Assembly: GCA_038888155.1 (NCBI GenBank)
Contig: JAWAJB010000001.1
Coordinates: 96,001 to 160,000, forward strand
Direction of reading: 5' to 3'
Source: Desulfurococcaceae archaeon
GTDB lineage: Archaea > Thermoproteota > Thermoprotei_A > Sulfolobales > Desulfurococcaceae
Length of the DNA: 64,000 nucleotides
Below the pieces are notes generated by a model. The model worked only from the letters and a program-made list of their open reading frames with translations, was not told the DNA's origin and ran no database searches. Every line of letters begins with the position of its first letter. Position 1 is the stretch's first letter. This document shows positions 30,483-40,001 of this stretch, one piece after another. The position numbers were made by a program, and so were the translations under genes.

Positions 30483-31010
30483 TTAAAACCTTTCACCCTG
30501 TGCTCTAACCTGTAGTTTCCAAAGAGTCTTTAACCTCTCAACTGCGTTTATTTTCACGATGAAGTCGGCAACTGGCTCCGGCACAAGGTGTTCCCACTTC
30601 ATGTCCTCTGCAATAAACCTCCTAATAATGGAACCACTTACGTTTGGCAGTTCGGGGGTTTTAAAGACACGAAATCCGTGAGCCTCGAACAAAGTCCTAG
30701 TAAATTCGTTATTGCTGAACACTGCAACAACCCTAGGCGTGTACGAGAGAAGGTATCTTGGCCACTCATAGTTGTTTGTAATGTTATCAACGGGAACGAT
30801 GTAGGACTTGGTGTATAGGTCGCCGAGTCCTATCCTGATCATCTCAACTCTCTCCCCAGCAGTAAAAGGGTTATCAATGGTGTAGTTGTACTGGGCGGCA
30901 GCAATAGCAATTACGACCTCAGCGTATTCCCCTAGTATATGCTTCACAGCGTGCAAGTGTCCATTATGAAATGGCTGAAACCTCCCAATAAAGAGGGCTC
31001 TATTAACTAT
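30483..31010 (-). CDS. nadM: Nicotinamide-nucleotide adenylyltransferase (start uncertain: ATA 31010 or TTG 31052)
   Basis: RALFIGRFQPFHNGH, NPFTAGERVEMI, SGSIIR and WEHLVP motifs. Confidence 0.9.
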   Translation of the reverse strand: MVNRALFIGRFQPFHNGHLHAVKHILGEYAEVVIAIAAAQYNYTIDNPFTAGERVEMIRIGLGDLYTKSYIVPVDNITNNYEWPRYLLSYTPRVVAVFSNNEFTRTLFEAHGFRVFKTPELPNVSGSIIRRFIAEDMKWEHLVPEPVADFIVKINAVERLKTLWKLQVRAQGERF

Positions 31011-31497
31011 GGTCCCACCAGTACTATACTTAGAGTTGCTTCCTTTAATCAATTTCTAGTAGCTTGTTAAAGTTCACTCAAATTTAGCACTAAATTTAGC
31101 GCGTAAAGGTACTTGATAGCCCTCGAGGAAACTGTAATTAAGCAACAGACGCATAGGAGCGAGCTTCCCAGTGCATGTGAGTACCAAGTAGTCAACCCTC
31201 CAAGTAAATTTACCACTATTAAATTGAGAGAGACGTTACCTAGATGAATAGCAGGCAATATTGGGATGGCTTGTAAAGTCCACCGTTCGCGTTGTGATTT
31301 CTGCAAAGTTGTTCTCACGGGATTTTTTTACAGCAGAAGGTAGCCAACGAGTTGCTCAAGCTAGTATAATAGAGACGTGGAAATAAGAGGTAGCGCTGGT
31401 CGCAATCATAACTCGCGCCGCGTCACTCTAAGTTTTTAAGCGAGCCGCGTTTACTATGTATTATAGTATTCAAAGAGAAGCGTGTGGGCGATGATCT

Positions 31498-32919
31498 ATG
31501 AATAGTAGAGGGTTTTTAATAGCATTAGTGACTCTGCTTGTAGCTATTGGAATAGCTTTTTTGCCGCCACCAGAGGGATTATCGCAGAAATCTATGGCTA
31601 TGATTGGAATAACTGCCTTGGCACTTGTTTACTGGTCTACTGAGTGCTTCCCAATACCACTTACCGGAATAATGATTATACTGCTAATAGCCGTTTTTGG
31701 TATAATGCCCCTAAACACAGCTCTCTCCTACATTTCATCTGATGTAAATATACTAATACTAGCAGGGCTTGTGCTCGCTATTGCTTTATCAAAACACGGC
31801 GTTGATAGGTACTTGAGTTTAAGGCTACTGCAAGTTATGGGAGAGAGAGCAGATAGAATTGCGCTCGGCATGATGCTATCAGTTTCGCTTTTATCTATGT
31901 GGATACCCAACACTGCTGCAGCTGCTATTATGGCTCCTGTTGCTGTCGGCATATTAAATCTCATAGGCGCTAAGAAAGGGGAAAGCAACTTGGGTAAGGC
32001 AATAATGATCGGCGTTGCTTATGCTGCATCAATTGGCGGGATAGGGACGCCCGTTGGAACGCCGCCTGTTCCAATAACTATTAGGAACATAAAGGACACA
32101 ACTAACATAGATATCGGCTTTGCAACGTGGATGTCTTGGGGCGTGCCGCTTTCCCTTGTACTGACTTTCTTTGCTTGGCTATTTTTGACAAGGCTATTTA
32201 AGCCAGAGGTTAAGCGGATCGAGGGAGGGCGAAAAATAATCGAAACCGAGCTAAATAAAGTTGGCAAATTGGAGGGAACTAGACTTAAGGCGTTTATTCT
32301 ATTCCTAGTTGCAGCATTACTGTGGATTGTTGATCCCATAGCCTCACAATACGTAGATAGGTGGACTTACATTGTGTCTTTGATTATAATAGTAATGTTG
32401 ATCTCACCGGGCACAGGAGTACTAAGCTGGAGAGATGTGTCTAGGGATGCAGATTGGGGAACGCTATTCTTAGTTGCAGGAGGACTGGCTCTAGGAGGAG
32501 GTTTAAGAACAACTGGCTTAATAGATTTGTTCGCTAGGAGCCTAGCACAGTATTTCTATGGATATCAACCCCACTTAGTCATTGTTTTTATAAGCTTAGT
32601 TTCAAGTCTCGCTATAACGGTGTTTTGTAGTATTACAGCGACAAGCTCTACAATGGTTCCAGTAGCTATAGGAATAGCTAGGGCTCTGAACTTACATCCC
32701 CTTATCGCTGGTGTTGCCTCTGGCGTAGCCTCGTGCTTTGCATTTCTATTACCAGCGAACACCCCACCGAACGCTATAGCGTATTCTTACGGCTACTTTA
32801 AGAGCTACGAGATGGCCAAAGCGGGAATAATTCTAATATTGCTATCCGTACTAATATCACTGCCATTTACTCTATTTCTTGCGCCGCTTATTACAAATAT
32901 CCCTCTGTTTTTTCCATAG
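31498..32919 (+). CDS. DASS/SLC13 anion:sodium symporter
   Basis: SMWIPNTA, AYAASIGGIGTPVGTPP, DWG..FL.AGG and AFLLPANTPPNAI motifs. Confidence 0.92.
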   Translation: MNSRGFLIALVTLLVAIGIAFLPPPEGLSQKSMAMIGITALALVYWSTECFPIPLTGIMIILLIAVFGIMPLNTALSYISSDVNILILAGLVLAIALSKHGVDRYLSLRLLQVMGERADRIALGMMLSVSLLSMWIPNTAAAAIMAPVAVGILNLIGAKKGESNLGKAIMIGVAYAASIGGIGTPVGTPPVPITIRNIKDTTNIDIGFATWMSWGVPLSLVLTFFAWLFLTRLFKPEVKRIEGGRKIIETELNKVGKLEGTRLKAFILFLVAALLWIVDPIASQYVDRWTYIVSLIIIVMLISPGTGVLSWRDVSRDADWGTLFLVAGGLALGGGLRTTGLIDLFARSLAQYFYGYQPHLVIVFISLVSSLAITVFCSITATSSTMVPVAIGIARALNLHPLIAGVASGVASCFAFLLPANTPPNAIAYSYGYFKSYEMAKAGIILILLSVLISLPFTLFLAPLITNIPLFFP

Positions 32920-32949
32920 GACTTTCCATCAATGATCTTCTTGATCTAC

Positions 32950-33025
32950 GCCCCTCTTACACTCTAGGCGAGCTGGTACCTGTCGAGGGGCACTATGGGC
33001 TTCTCGCAGTAATCGGATGTGCCCC
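32950..33025 (-). other. GC-rich structured element, candidate ncRNA
   Basis: Two overlapping 7-bp inverted repeats: GCCCCTC 32950-56 / GAGGGGC 32985-91 and GGGGCAC 32987-93 / GTGCCCC 33019-25. A minus-strand TATAAA lies at 33050-55. Confidence 0.4.
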
Positions 33026-33401
33026 GTGAGTAGTGTTGGGTGGCGGCTCTTTATACTCCGCTCATTGAACTTCAATCTTTTTAAGGAGTTGTAAACAACT
33101 TTGCCCCCATCATTGAAATGGGCTACCTTGTTTAAACAACTCTATCACGGTATATAGACATCAAGGGGTAGTAATAGCTTTGAACATTTTCGTTACCTAT
33201 AATAGGCTTATGAGCTATAGTCGCCGCAAATTCAACCACGATATCGCTTTTGGTAAAGCTGTACTTGACTAAGTCACTAAAAGCAGAAGGCTTTAAGCGC
33301 AAGCCAGCTATAACGCTGGCTTGGAGGAAGGGGAATTGCATTTCAATTCAATATAATGGGGTTACTAGAAGGCCTGATCGGTAACGACACTAGAGATGGA
33401 C

Positions 33402-34652
33402 TCATGTGGCTAGCAATATTTTTTCTCTCTCTAAGCGCCATAGAGATGCCAGCAGAATTATTGCAGATAGCATAACAAGAGCTGACAAGCTAAAAGCAGT
33501 CAACCGATAATCTCCGTATACATAGCTCTGTATAGACAGTATGCTGTAAGTGTAAGGCACAAAGGACAACAGTATTAATACGTGTATTGGCAACCTATAA
33601 AAGTCTATGATCCACCCTGAGACAAAGAAGGCTAGACCTATAACGGAGAAAAGGCTAGCTATATTACTTGCTGTTCTTATCCCCCTAGTTCTAGATATGA
33701 ACGGTATCGATATTGAAACAGTTACGAGGATTGTTAAAAACCCCACTAGTGCGTGAAGTATTATCAAATTAATGTCAAAAAGAGCTACAAACCTGCTACC
33801 TAAGGCTGTTATCAGAGTCCCGAAATACACCAGGAGACTCCCTATATCAGCTAGTGAGGCTACTGATCCAATGATAGAGGCAGCTATGACCTTTGAGGCA
33901 AAGATTTCCCAAACACTGACAGGTGTTGCGAGGAGCATTTCCATAGTCTTTCTCTCCCGCTCCCCCACTATGCTGTCAACTATAAACGATGATGCAGGCG
34001 TGACGATGAATGAAAGGGAGAGTATTAAGAGTTTAGCTATGAACGGCCTGATGATATCCTCTGGTTTAGCTTGCTCTCCGCTAGGAGAAATGTATATAGG
34101 CGCCTTCACTTGAAGGGGGCTCCGAATGGCGTGTAGGCTATAATTAGTTAGCCCTGACCTAATCGCAATTTCCTCGATCTTTAGCTCTGAGATCTGGTCG
34201 GATAATGTCTCAATAAGCCCCCTTACGTCCTGCTCTGCTTTGTTTAGCCTGTCTTCCGGGACGCCGGTCCTTTTAATTAGTTCAATATATGCTACCCTAT
34301 CAAAGCTAGTTAAGTTCGCGCTGAATTCCCTCGGGATGACAACTATCAAATCTATTGTGAAATTTCCCAGCGCAGTGGCAACGTCTTCTTGGTTTAATAC
34401 AATATATCCTTGATTTGCTAGGTAAGTAGTCATTTTACTGAGGATCAATGTGCTGAGTTCGCTTGACTGGTAGTCTTCGTTAACTATAGATATAACAACT
34501 GGCTGGAATTGCATAAGAATTGCAGTAAGCATTCCTATAGCCGGCAATGATATAAGTGGAAAGAAAATAGTAGTGAGTATTAGCTTCTTATCGCGGCATA
34601 TCTCCTTGACCTCTTTCCATAACAAGGCGCGTAGGTTCCTATAAGATCTCAT
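33402..34652 (-). CDS. NatB-like ABC-2 exporter permease
   Basis: LLWKEVKEICRD, SIVGERERKTMEMLLATP and SKV motifs; multi-TM with a large external loop. Confidence 0.88.
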   Translation of the reverse strand: MRSYRNLRALLWKEVKEICRDKKLILTTIFFPLISLPAIGMLTAILMQFQPVVISIVNEDYQSSELSTLILSKMTTYLANQGYIVLNQEDVATALGNFTIDLIVVIPREFSANLTSFDRVAYIELIKRTGVPEDRLNKAEQDVRGLIETLSDQISELKIEEIAIRSGLTNYSLHAIRSPLQVKAPIYISPSGEQAKPEDIIRPFIAKLLILSLSFIVTPASSFIVDSIVGERERKTMEMLLATPVSVWEIFASKVIAASIIGSVASLADIGSLLVYFGTLITALGSRFVALFDINLIILHALVGFLTILVTVSISIPFISRTRGIRTASNIASLFSVIGLAFFVSGWIIDFYRLPIHVLILLSFVPYTYSILSIQSYVYGDYRLTAFSLSALVMLSAIILLASLWRLEREKILLAT

Positions 34653-34654
34653 GT

Positions 34655-35371
34655 TCAGTCTCCCGTGAGCTTTATAAACACTTCTTCGAGATTTCTCGCG
34701 TTGTGCTGTTTAATCAGTTGCCAAGGAGATCCCTCCGCTATAATTCTACCTTCATGTACTAACCCAACTTTATCGCAGAGGTCCTGGATCTCAAGCATGT
34801 TATGGCTACTCAGTATAGCAGAGGCTTTATTCTCTATAACGTATTCCTTAATGGCTTTCCTCACCCTAAAGCTAGCGTGCACGTCTAACCCAGCAGTAGG
34901 CTCATCAAGTAGTGCCACTCTGGGTTTTCTCATCAACACCAATGCCAAGAGAAGCCTGCGCTTCATGCCCTTGCTGTAGTTTTTCGTGAGATCGTTAACT
35001 CTCTCACCAAGGCCAGCTATTTTCACGCCGTACTCTACGCCCTCCTTAGTCAAGTTGTATAGCATTGAATATAGAAATATGTGCTCATAGCCGGTAAGTA
35101 AATCATAAGTGTTAGCATCCTCGGGGAGGTAGCCTATCATGTTCCTAACTGCAGCGTAGTCTGAGTAGGGGTCTAAGCCGTGTACGTAAACATTACCTTG
35201 ATCTGGTTTAACGAGCCCTGCTATAATTCTCAACAAAGTAGTCTTTCCCGCCCCATTGGGACCGACGAGCCCGTAAATTTCGCCTTCGCTCACTCTGAGT
35301 GAAATTCCCCGAAGTGCAACTACGTTGTTGTATTTTTTGTAAATCCCCCTTAATTCAACGGCAACACTCAT
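34655..35371 (-). CDS. ABC transporter ATP-binding protein (NatA-like)
   Basis: GPNGAGKTT, YSKGM, LLDEPTAGLD and SSH motifs. Confidence 0.93.
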   Translation of the reverse strand: MSVAVELRGIYKKYNNVVALRGISLRVSEGEIYGLVGPNGAGKTTLLRIIAGLVKPDQGNVYVHGLDPYSDYAAVRNMIGYLPEDANTYDLLTGYEHIFLYSMLYNLTKEGVEYGVKIAGLGERVNDLTKNYSKGMKRRLLLALVLMRKPRVALLDEPTAGLDVHASFRVRKAIKEYVIENKASAILSSHNMLEIQDLCDKVGLVHEGRIIAEGSPWQLIKQHNARNLEEVFIKLTGD

Positions 35372-35436
35372 CTAGTAATACCCTGTGGATTTTAATAACG
35401 AAAAAAAGTTATATCCTGTAATACCACATACTAGAC

Positions 35437-36144
35437 TTGGGAGTTTTCGTGCTTTCTAACATCGCTGACAAATTGAGGCTTTTCATTGAGAGGTTTGGCG
35501 AGAAAGGCTTACTAGTAATTAAAGCTGCGTATGAGGTTTATCAAGATCCAAATGTAGATCACAGGCTTGGCGATTTCAGCTTTAAGCACATTGTGTTGAG
35601 ACTAAACAATGTTGGACTAAACTACAACCCTGCCAATATACTCAGAATACTAGAAAAAGAATATGGAATTTTAGAGAAGTCTTACTCTTCGTCGAATCAG
35701 ACATGGTGGAAGTTTATAGATCCGGAAACTGTTCGCAGTATTTTAAGTGAACACTACGGCACTCCACTTGATGACCCGAGGATTAAGGCTCTCTTGATCA
35801 AATATAGGAGCATGGAGCCCCGAACTACACTTGAAGCCCTAAGGCGTTTGGCTGTTAAGGAAGCTCTTTCAAGCGGAGACAAAGAGATGTTCAAGAGATT
35901 CGTCTTCAACGAACTAGATAAGATAGTGGACCTAGAGATGGAGATGGAGAAATATGAAGAAACTTTCTACGGCGAACTTTACGTACTCAGGGAAGTGTTA
36001 AGTCTGGCGGAAATGATCTCCAGCAAACTTGAAAAGACGCGCTTCAAAATAAGTATGAAGGAAGAGGAGGTACGCTTAAATGCTAATACACGAACTGGTA
36101 TCATCAAGAATACTTCCTGCACTAAGGGGAATAATAGCCCATAA
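35437..36144 (+). CDS. Hypothetical protein (possible winged-helix N-terminal region)
   Basis: Long ORF with protein-like composition (LGDFSFK...YNPANILRILEKEYG...SNQTWWKF). First gene of an apparent operon. Confidence 0.7.
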   Translation: MGVFVLSNIADKLRLFIERFGEKGLLVIKAAYEVYQDPNVDHRLGDFSFKHIVLRLNNVGLNYNPANILRILEKEYGILEKSYSSSNQTWWKFIDPETVRSILSEHYGTPLDDPRIKALLIKYRSMEPRTTLEALRRLAVKEALSSGDKEMFKRFVFNELDKIVDLEMEMEKYEETFYGELYVLREVLSLAEMISSKLEKTRFKISMKEEEVRLNANTRTGIIKNTSCTKGNNSP

Positions 36145-36955
36145 GTTAGACGCAATGGGCGTGAGTCAGCGAAAAATTGCATACTACCTTGAAGTAACGC
36201 AGCCCATGGTAAGTAAAATTTTGAGGAGGCCTTTAAGTGAATTCTACGTTGACCTAGAAAAACTGGGGATTCAAAGGGACCTAGTAGAACATTACGTTGA
36301 AATACTAACGGAGATGGTTAAGGGTGGGGACTACGATAAGTTTATATCGACTACTTTTAATGTCATTAACCAATTTGCTTTAAGTGCTGCATGTAATTTA
36401 AGAAAAAACATTAGTACGTTGTGCAGTTCAGGATTCTTTAGGGACCCCGATATAGAGTACTATAAGAGTGCGCTATTTAGGCTTATGGGAATTCGAGGCC
36501 TAGAGAGAGTTATTCCAGAGGTAGGGTCTAACCTCGTTTATGCTCCTAGGGCGCCTAACAATACTGGCGACATTATTGGGCTAACAGGAAGAATAGTGAA
36601 GACTCTCAGCGGTGTTGCTTTTTATGGAGAGCCAGTCTACGGGGGCAGTAAATACGTCGCTAGAATCCTCATTATAGCTACAAAGTACAACCCCAAACTG
36701 AGATTCTGCATCAATATCAAGTACAGTCCGAGTATAAGGGTTACCATCGAAAAGATTGGTATTCCAGTTGCAGATACAGGTCCACACTTGAGAGAGGAAG
36801 ACTTTTGGGAGAACGTCGAAAAGGCGCTAACTCAAAAGCCTATAGCAATTTGTGATCATGGGGGACTTGGCCTAGAGCCAATAATTTATATTCTCGCAGA
36901 GAGTAGCCAACAACTGGAGTCTATTATTAGGGCTGTTGTAAGTGGTCTACAGTGA
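36080..36955 (+). CDS. HTH + ThiN-domain transcriptional regulator (ThiR-like)
   Basis: N-terminal SQRKIAYYLEVTQPMVSK HTH. The ThiN-type domain has IPEVGSNL, GRI, YGGSKYVAR, INIKY and D.GG.GLEP. Confidence 0.85.
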   Translation: MLIHELVSSRILPALRGIIAHKLDAMGVSQRKIAYYLEVTQPMVSKILRRPLSEFYVDLEKLGIQRDLVEHYVEILTEMVKGGDYDKFISTTFNVINQFALSAACNLRKNISTLCSSGFFRDPDIEYYKSALFRLMGIRGLERVIPEVGSNLVYAPRAPNNTGDIIGLTGRIVKTLSGVAFYGEPVYGGSKYVARILIIATKYNPKLRFCINIKYSPSIRVTIEKIGIPVADTGPHLREEDFWENVEKALTQKPIAICDHGGLGLEPIIYILAESSQQLESIIRAVVSGLQ

Positions 36956-37887
36956 AGGTTTACTCTGATGTGTGCATTGTTGGAGGCGGCGCTGCGGGTG
37001 GAGTTCTCTCGTACTATTTATACAGGAGCGGCTTTAGCAAGTTACCAGTTTACTATTACTCTGAAGTGAGCGTGAGTGCCGTAAAAGCACAGGGCGGTAT
37101 TTACGTAACTGATGAGAACAGACGCGTTGACTACCTTGTACCTGTTATCCCGAGGCACTATGAAACCCCTATAGACGAGTGCAAATTTGTTTTTAATACG
37201 GTCAAAGCCTACAGTGTTCCTCAAACAATTGAACTAATGTTAAATATAACACAACCAAGTGGAGTAGTCATAATGCTTCAAAACGGCTTTGGGAGTTTAG
37301 AACTCGCAGAGCGATCTCTGCAAGGTAGGCAAGTAGCTGGGGGCGTTATACACTATGGCGCCCAGAGAGTAGGGCATGGAAGGGTGTTGTACCACGGCGG
37401 TAATACAATAATAGCTGGTTGCAGAAACAGTCTATGCTTAGACCTCCTTGAGATTAGCAATGCTCTCAGGCTGGGGGGCCTCTACCTACTTGTAACGAGC
37501 AATATAGATTTCTATAGATGGCTTAAACTAATGATTAACGCTGTTGTAAACCCCCTCACTGCTATTACTAGGGGCCCCAATAGGGTAGTCCTCGAAAAGG
37601 AGGGCCTTGAGCTAGCAAGGGCAATTATTGAAGAGATATGCGAAGTTGCAAGAGGTTATGGATACGCCTTCAACCCCACCGAAGTCTTAGACTACTTAAA
37701 GAGCGGTATAGAGAGCGTGGCAAGCAATATATCAAGCATGGCGCAGGACGTCATAAATAATAGGCCAACTGAAATTGATTTCTTAAATGGATTTGTCGCG
37801 AAAAGTCTAGGTAAAGAGTCAAGCATCAATTACATTTTGACTTTAATTATAAGGCTCATCGAAAGAGGGTACAAGTTAAAAAGTTAA
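36952..37887 (+). CDS. panE: 2-dehydropantoate 2-reductase
   Basis: VGGGAAG, VKAY, LQNG, WLKLMINAVVNPLTA, NISSMAQD and TEIDFLNG motifs. Confidence 0.92.
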   Translation: MKVYSDVCIVGGGAAGGVLSYYLYRSGFSKLPVYYYSEVSVSAVKAQGGIYVTDENRRVDYLVPVIPRHYETPIDECKFVFNTVKAYSVPQTIELMLNITQPSGVVIMLQNGFGSLELAERSLQGRQVAGGVIHYGAQRVGHGRVLYHGGNTIIAGCRNSLCLDLLEISNALRLGGLYLLVTSNIDFYRWLKLMINAVVNPLTAITRGPNRVVLEKEGLELARAIIEEICEVARGYGYAFNPTEVLDYLKSGIESVASNISSMAQDVINNRPTEIDFLNGFVAKSLGKESSINYILTLIIRLIERGYKLKS

Positions 37888-37905
37888 CAACATCAATTAT
37901 TTCGA

Positions 37906-38724
37906 GTGGTGGACTTTTTGAAGAAGATCACAGTAAGAGATATCATAAAATTGAAAGGACACGAGAAAATAGCCATGATTACGGCGTATGACTACACTAC
38001 AGCCAAACTTGTTGATGCCGCTGGTGTTGACATAATACTGGTTGGCGACAGCGTAGGAATGGTTGTACATGGCTATCACTCAACTCACCCAGTTACCATG
38101 GAAATGATGCTTCTTCACACTTCGAGCGTAGCTCGAAGTAGTCCTCGCGCACTAATTGTGGGAGATATGCCCTTTATGAGCTACGAGGCAAGCATCGAAG
38201 ACGCTGTGCGAAATGCAGGTCTCTTGGTAAAAGCGGGAGCTGAAGCAGTGAAAATAGAGGGAGGTAGTGAGGTGTCTGATACAGTGAAAGCTCTTGTAAG
38301 GGCAGGCATTCCAGTAATGGGGCACATAGGGCTAACTCCACAGAGAGCTCTACTTATAGGTGGATACAGAAAACGTGGTGTCCGTGAGGCCGAGCGAGAG
38401 GTATTAATAGAAGATGCTAAGGAGCTAGAGAGAGCCGGTGCATTCTCAATAGTTATAGAGTTCACTGCAGCAGATGTAGCGGAGACTATTACCAGAGAGC
38501 TGACCGTACCAACGATCTGTATTGGCAGTGGTCCTTTCTGCGATGGTCAAGTTCTAGTGCTACACGACGTCCTTGGATTATCGGAGAGTTTGCCTCCTTT
38601 TGCTAAGAAATACGTTGACCTAAGAAATATCATATCGGAATCCATTAAGAAATACGTAGAGGATGTAAGGGCGGGCGTTTTTCCAAGCAGAGAGCACTAC
38701 TTTTATGCGAGCGAGAAAAAATAG
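37906..38724 (+). CDS. panB: 3-methyl-2-oxobutanoate hydroxymethyltransferase
   Basis: MITAYD, ILVGDS, DMPF, VKIEGG, GHIGLTPQ and DGQVLV motifs. Confidence 0.97.
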   Translation: MVDFLKKITVRDIIKLKGHEKIAMITAYDYTTAKLVDAAGVDIILVGDSVGMVVHGYHSTHPVTMEMMLLHTSSVARSSPRALIVGDMPFMSYEASIEDAVRNAGLLVKAGAEAVKIEGGSEVSDTVKALVRAGIPVMGHIGLTPQRALLIGGYRKRGVREAEREVLIEDAKELERAGAFSIVIEFTAADVAETITRELTVPTICIGSGPFCDGQVLVLHDVLGLSESLPPFAKKYVDLRNIISESIKKYVEDVRAGVFPSREHYFYASEKK

Positions 38725-38726
38725 CT

Positions 38727-40001
38727 TTACTCCTTTTGTCTCCATCGCAACTTGACGCCAAGTATTACTATGTCCCTGTTAAAGATGATAACTGACATCG
38801 CTATCTGCAAGACACATATGAGTATAGATGAGAGGGTAGAGATTAATGCGTATATAGGCTGTCCAATTATTAACGAGACCATATATACTACAGGCATTGG
38901 TACAACTGCTATACCCGAGAGAATAGCGACAACTGCATTTAGCTGAACTCCTAGAAACATAAACATAAATCCAATTCCAAAGTAGAGGAACATTATTGGC
39001 ATAGTTAACAAACTAGCTGTCCTCTCATCTGGCGACAATGAGCCCATTATTATGCCAAGAGAGCCTGAGGAAATTAAACCCAGAACTAACGCTATAGCTA
39101 TAGAAGTCAGGAAAGCTGGCACTAGGTCAAAGCCAAGCGATCTTGACATCTCTGAAATCATCTCCAATGGAGAAACATTACCTACTTCTATTCCTTGAGG
39201 TAGCGTAAATGAGAACATACCTATAAGTCCCGCGATATACACGGCAGAAAACAGCAAGGTAGCTAGCGATGCCCCAACGATTTTAGCTATCACTATACTG
39301 CTTCTCCTAATGGGTTGTGACAAGAGCATCTCAAATGCCTTTTCTACCTTCTCGAAAGCAACTAGCTGAGAGGCGTAACCAGCGTTAGACCCAACAACTA
39401 TTGTAATTAATATTGGAAGCGTTGTTAGCACTGATGAGATGGCCATCAGTAAGTCTGTCCTAACCTCTTTGTCATAGAACAGAGCAGAGCCCTGTACATT
39501 AACAGAGAATCTAATATGCGGGGGTTCCCCGCCGTATGCAATGCTTAATGCTACGGGCATCAACCTTTCGATTAAACTCGAAATTTGGGCAAATAGAGCT
39601 ACCTTGGTTTGAACTAGTATTGATGAATACGACTCAACGCTAACCATTCCATTTAAGACTAAAACGCTCTCCCTGCTAGTTGCATTTACCGAAAAGCCTT
39701 CAGGGATAAAGATGCCCACGCCAGTATCCTTAACTGCCTCTCTTAGAGATGCGTATACCTTAACCCTTCCGCCCATAGTTTCATTTAGTAAAATAACTAG
39801 TACGCGAGTAAGCTCTGTATCTTCTCCCAAGACTAATCCAATACTTCCTTTAAATACCTCCCTTTGGGCTTCTTCTACGCTAAATCTCATTATTCCGCCG
39901 AGGGCGAGGTAAAATGCAAATATTACAACTATAGTCACAATGAAAGCTGGGTTCTTCAAAAAGGCTTTTACCTCTCTCTTAATTAAAGGCAGCAGAGTCA
40001 T
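38727..40001 (-). CDS. NatB-like ABC-2 exporter permease
   Basis: LIKREVK, VAFEKVEKAFEMLLSQPI and AKIVG motifs; multi-TM. Confidence 0.87.
   Translation of the reverse strand: MTLLPLIKREVKAFLKNPAFIVTIVVIFAFYLALGGIMRFSVEEAQREVFKGSIGLVLGEDTELTRVLVILLNETMGGRVKVYASLREAVKDTGVGIFIPEGFSVNATSRESVLVLNGMVSVESYSSILVQTKVALFAQISSLIERLMPVALSIAYGGEPPHIRFSVNVQGSALFYDKEVRTDLLMAISSVLTTLPILITIVVGSNAGYASQLVAFEKVEKAFEMLLSQPIRRSSIVIAKIVGASLATLLFSAVYIAGLIGMFSFTLPQGIEVGNVSPLEMISEMSRSLGFDLVPAFLTSIAIALVLGLISSGSLGIIMGSLSPDERTASLLTMPIMFLYFGIGFMFMFLGVQLNAVVAILSGIAVVPMPVVYMVSLIIGQPIYALISTLSSILICVLQIAMSVIIFNRDIVILGVKLRWRQKE

Noticed and set aside
31067-31318. 83-aa ORF in the nadM-DASS gap
   Set aside because: No SD, no recognisable motif and atypical composition.
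32950-33025. Split or permuted tRNA half
   Set aside because: No D-arm (TAGC/TGG) or T-arm (GTTCRA) sequence on either strand.
6141-33123. Recurring GAAATGGG hairpin-like word at about 6145 (minus), 7120 and 33115
   Set aside because: An 8-mer is expected a few times by chance in 64 kb on two strands, and the flanks do not align.
33063-33142. ATTGAA(A/C) words resembling CRISPR repeat ends
   Set aside because: Only two, 48 nt apart, with no conserved full-length repeat and no cas genes.
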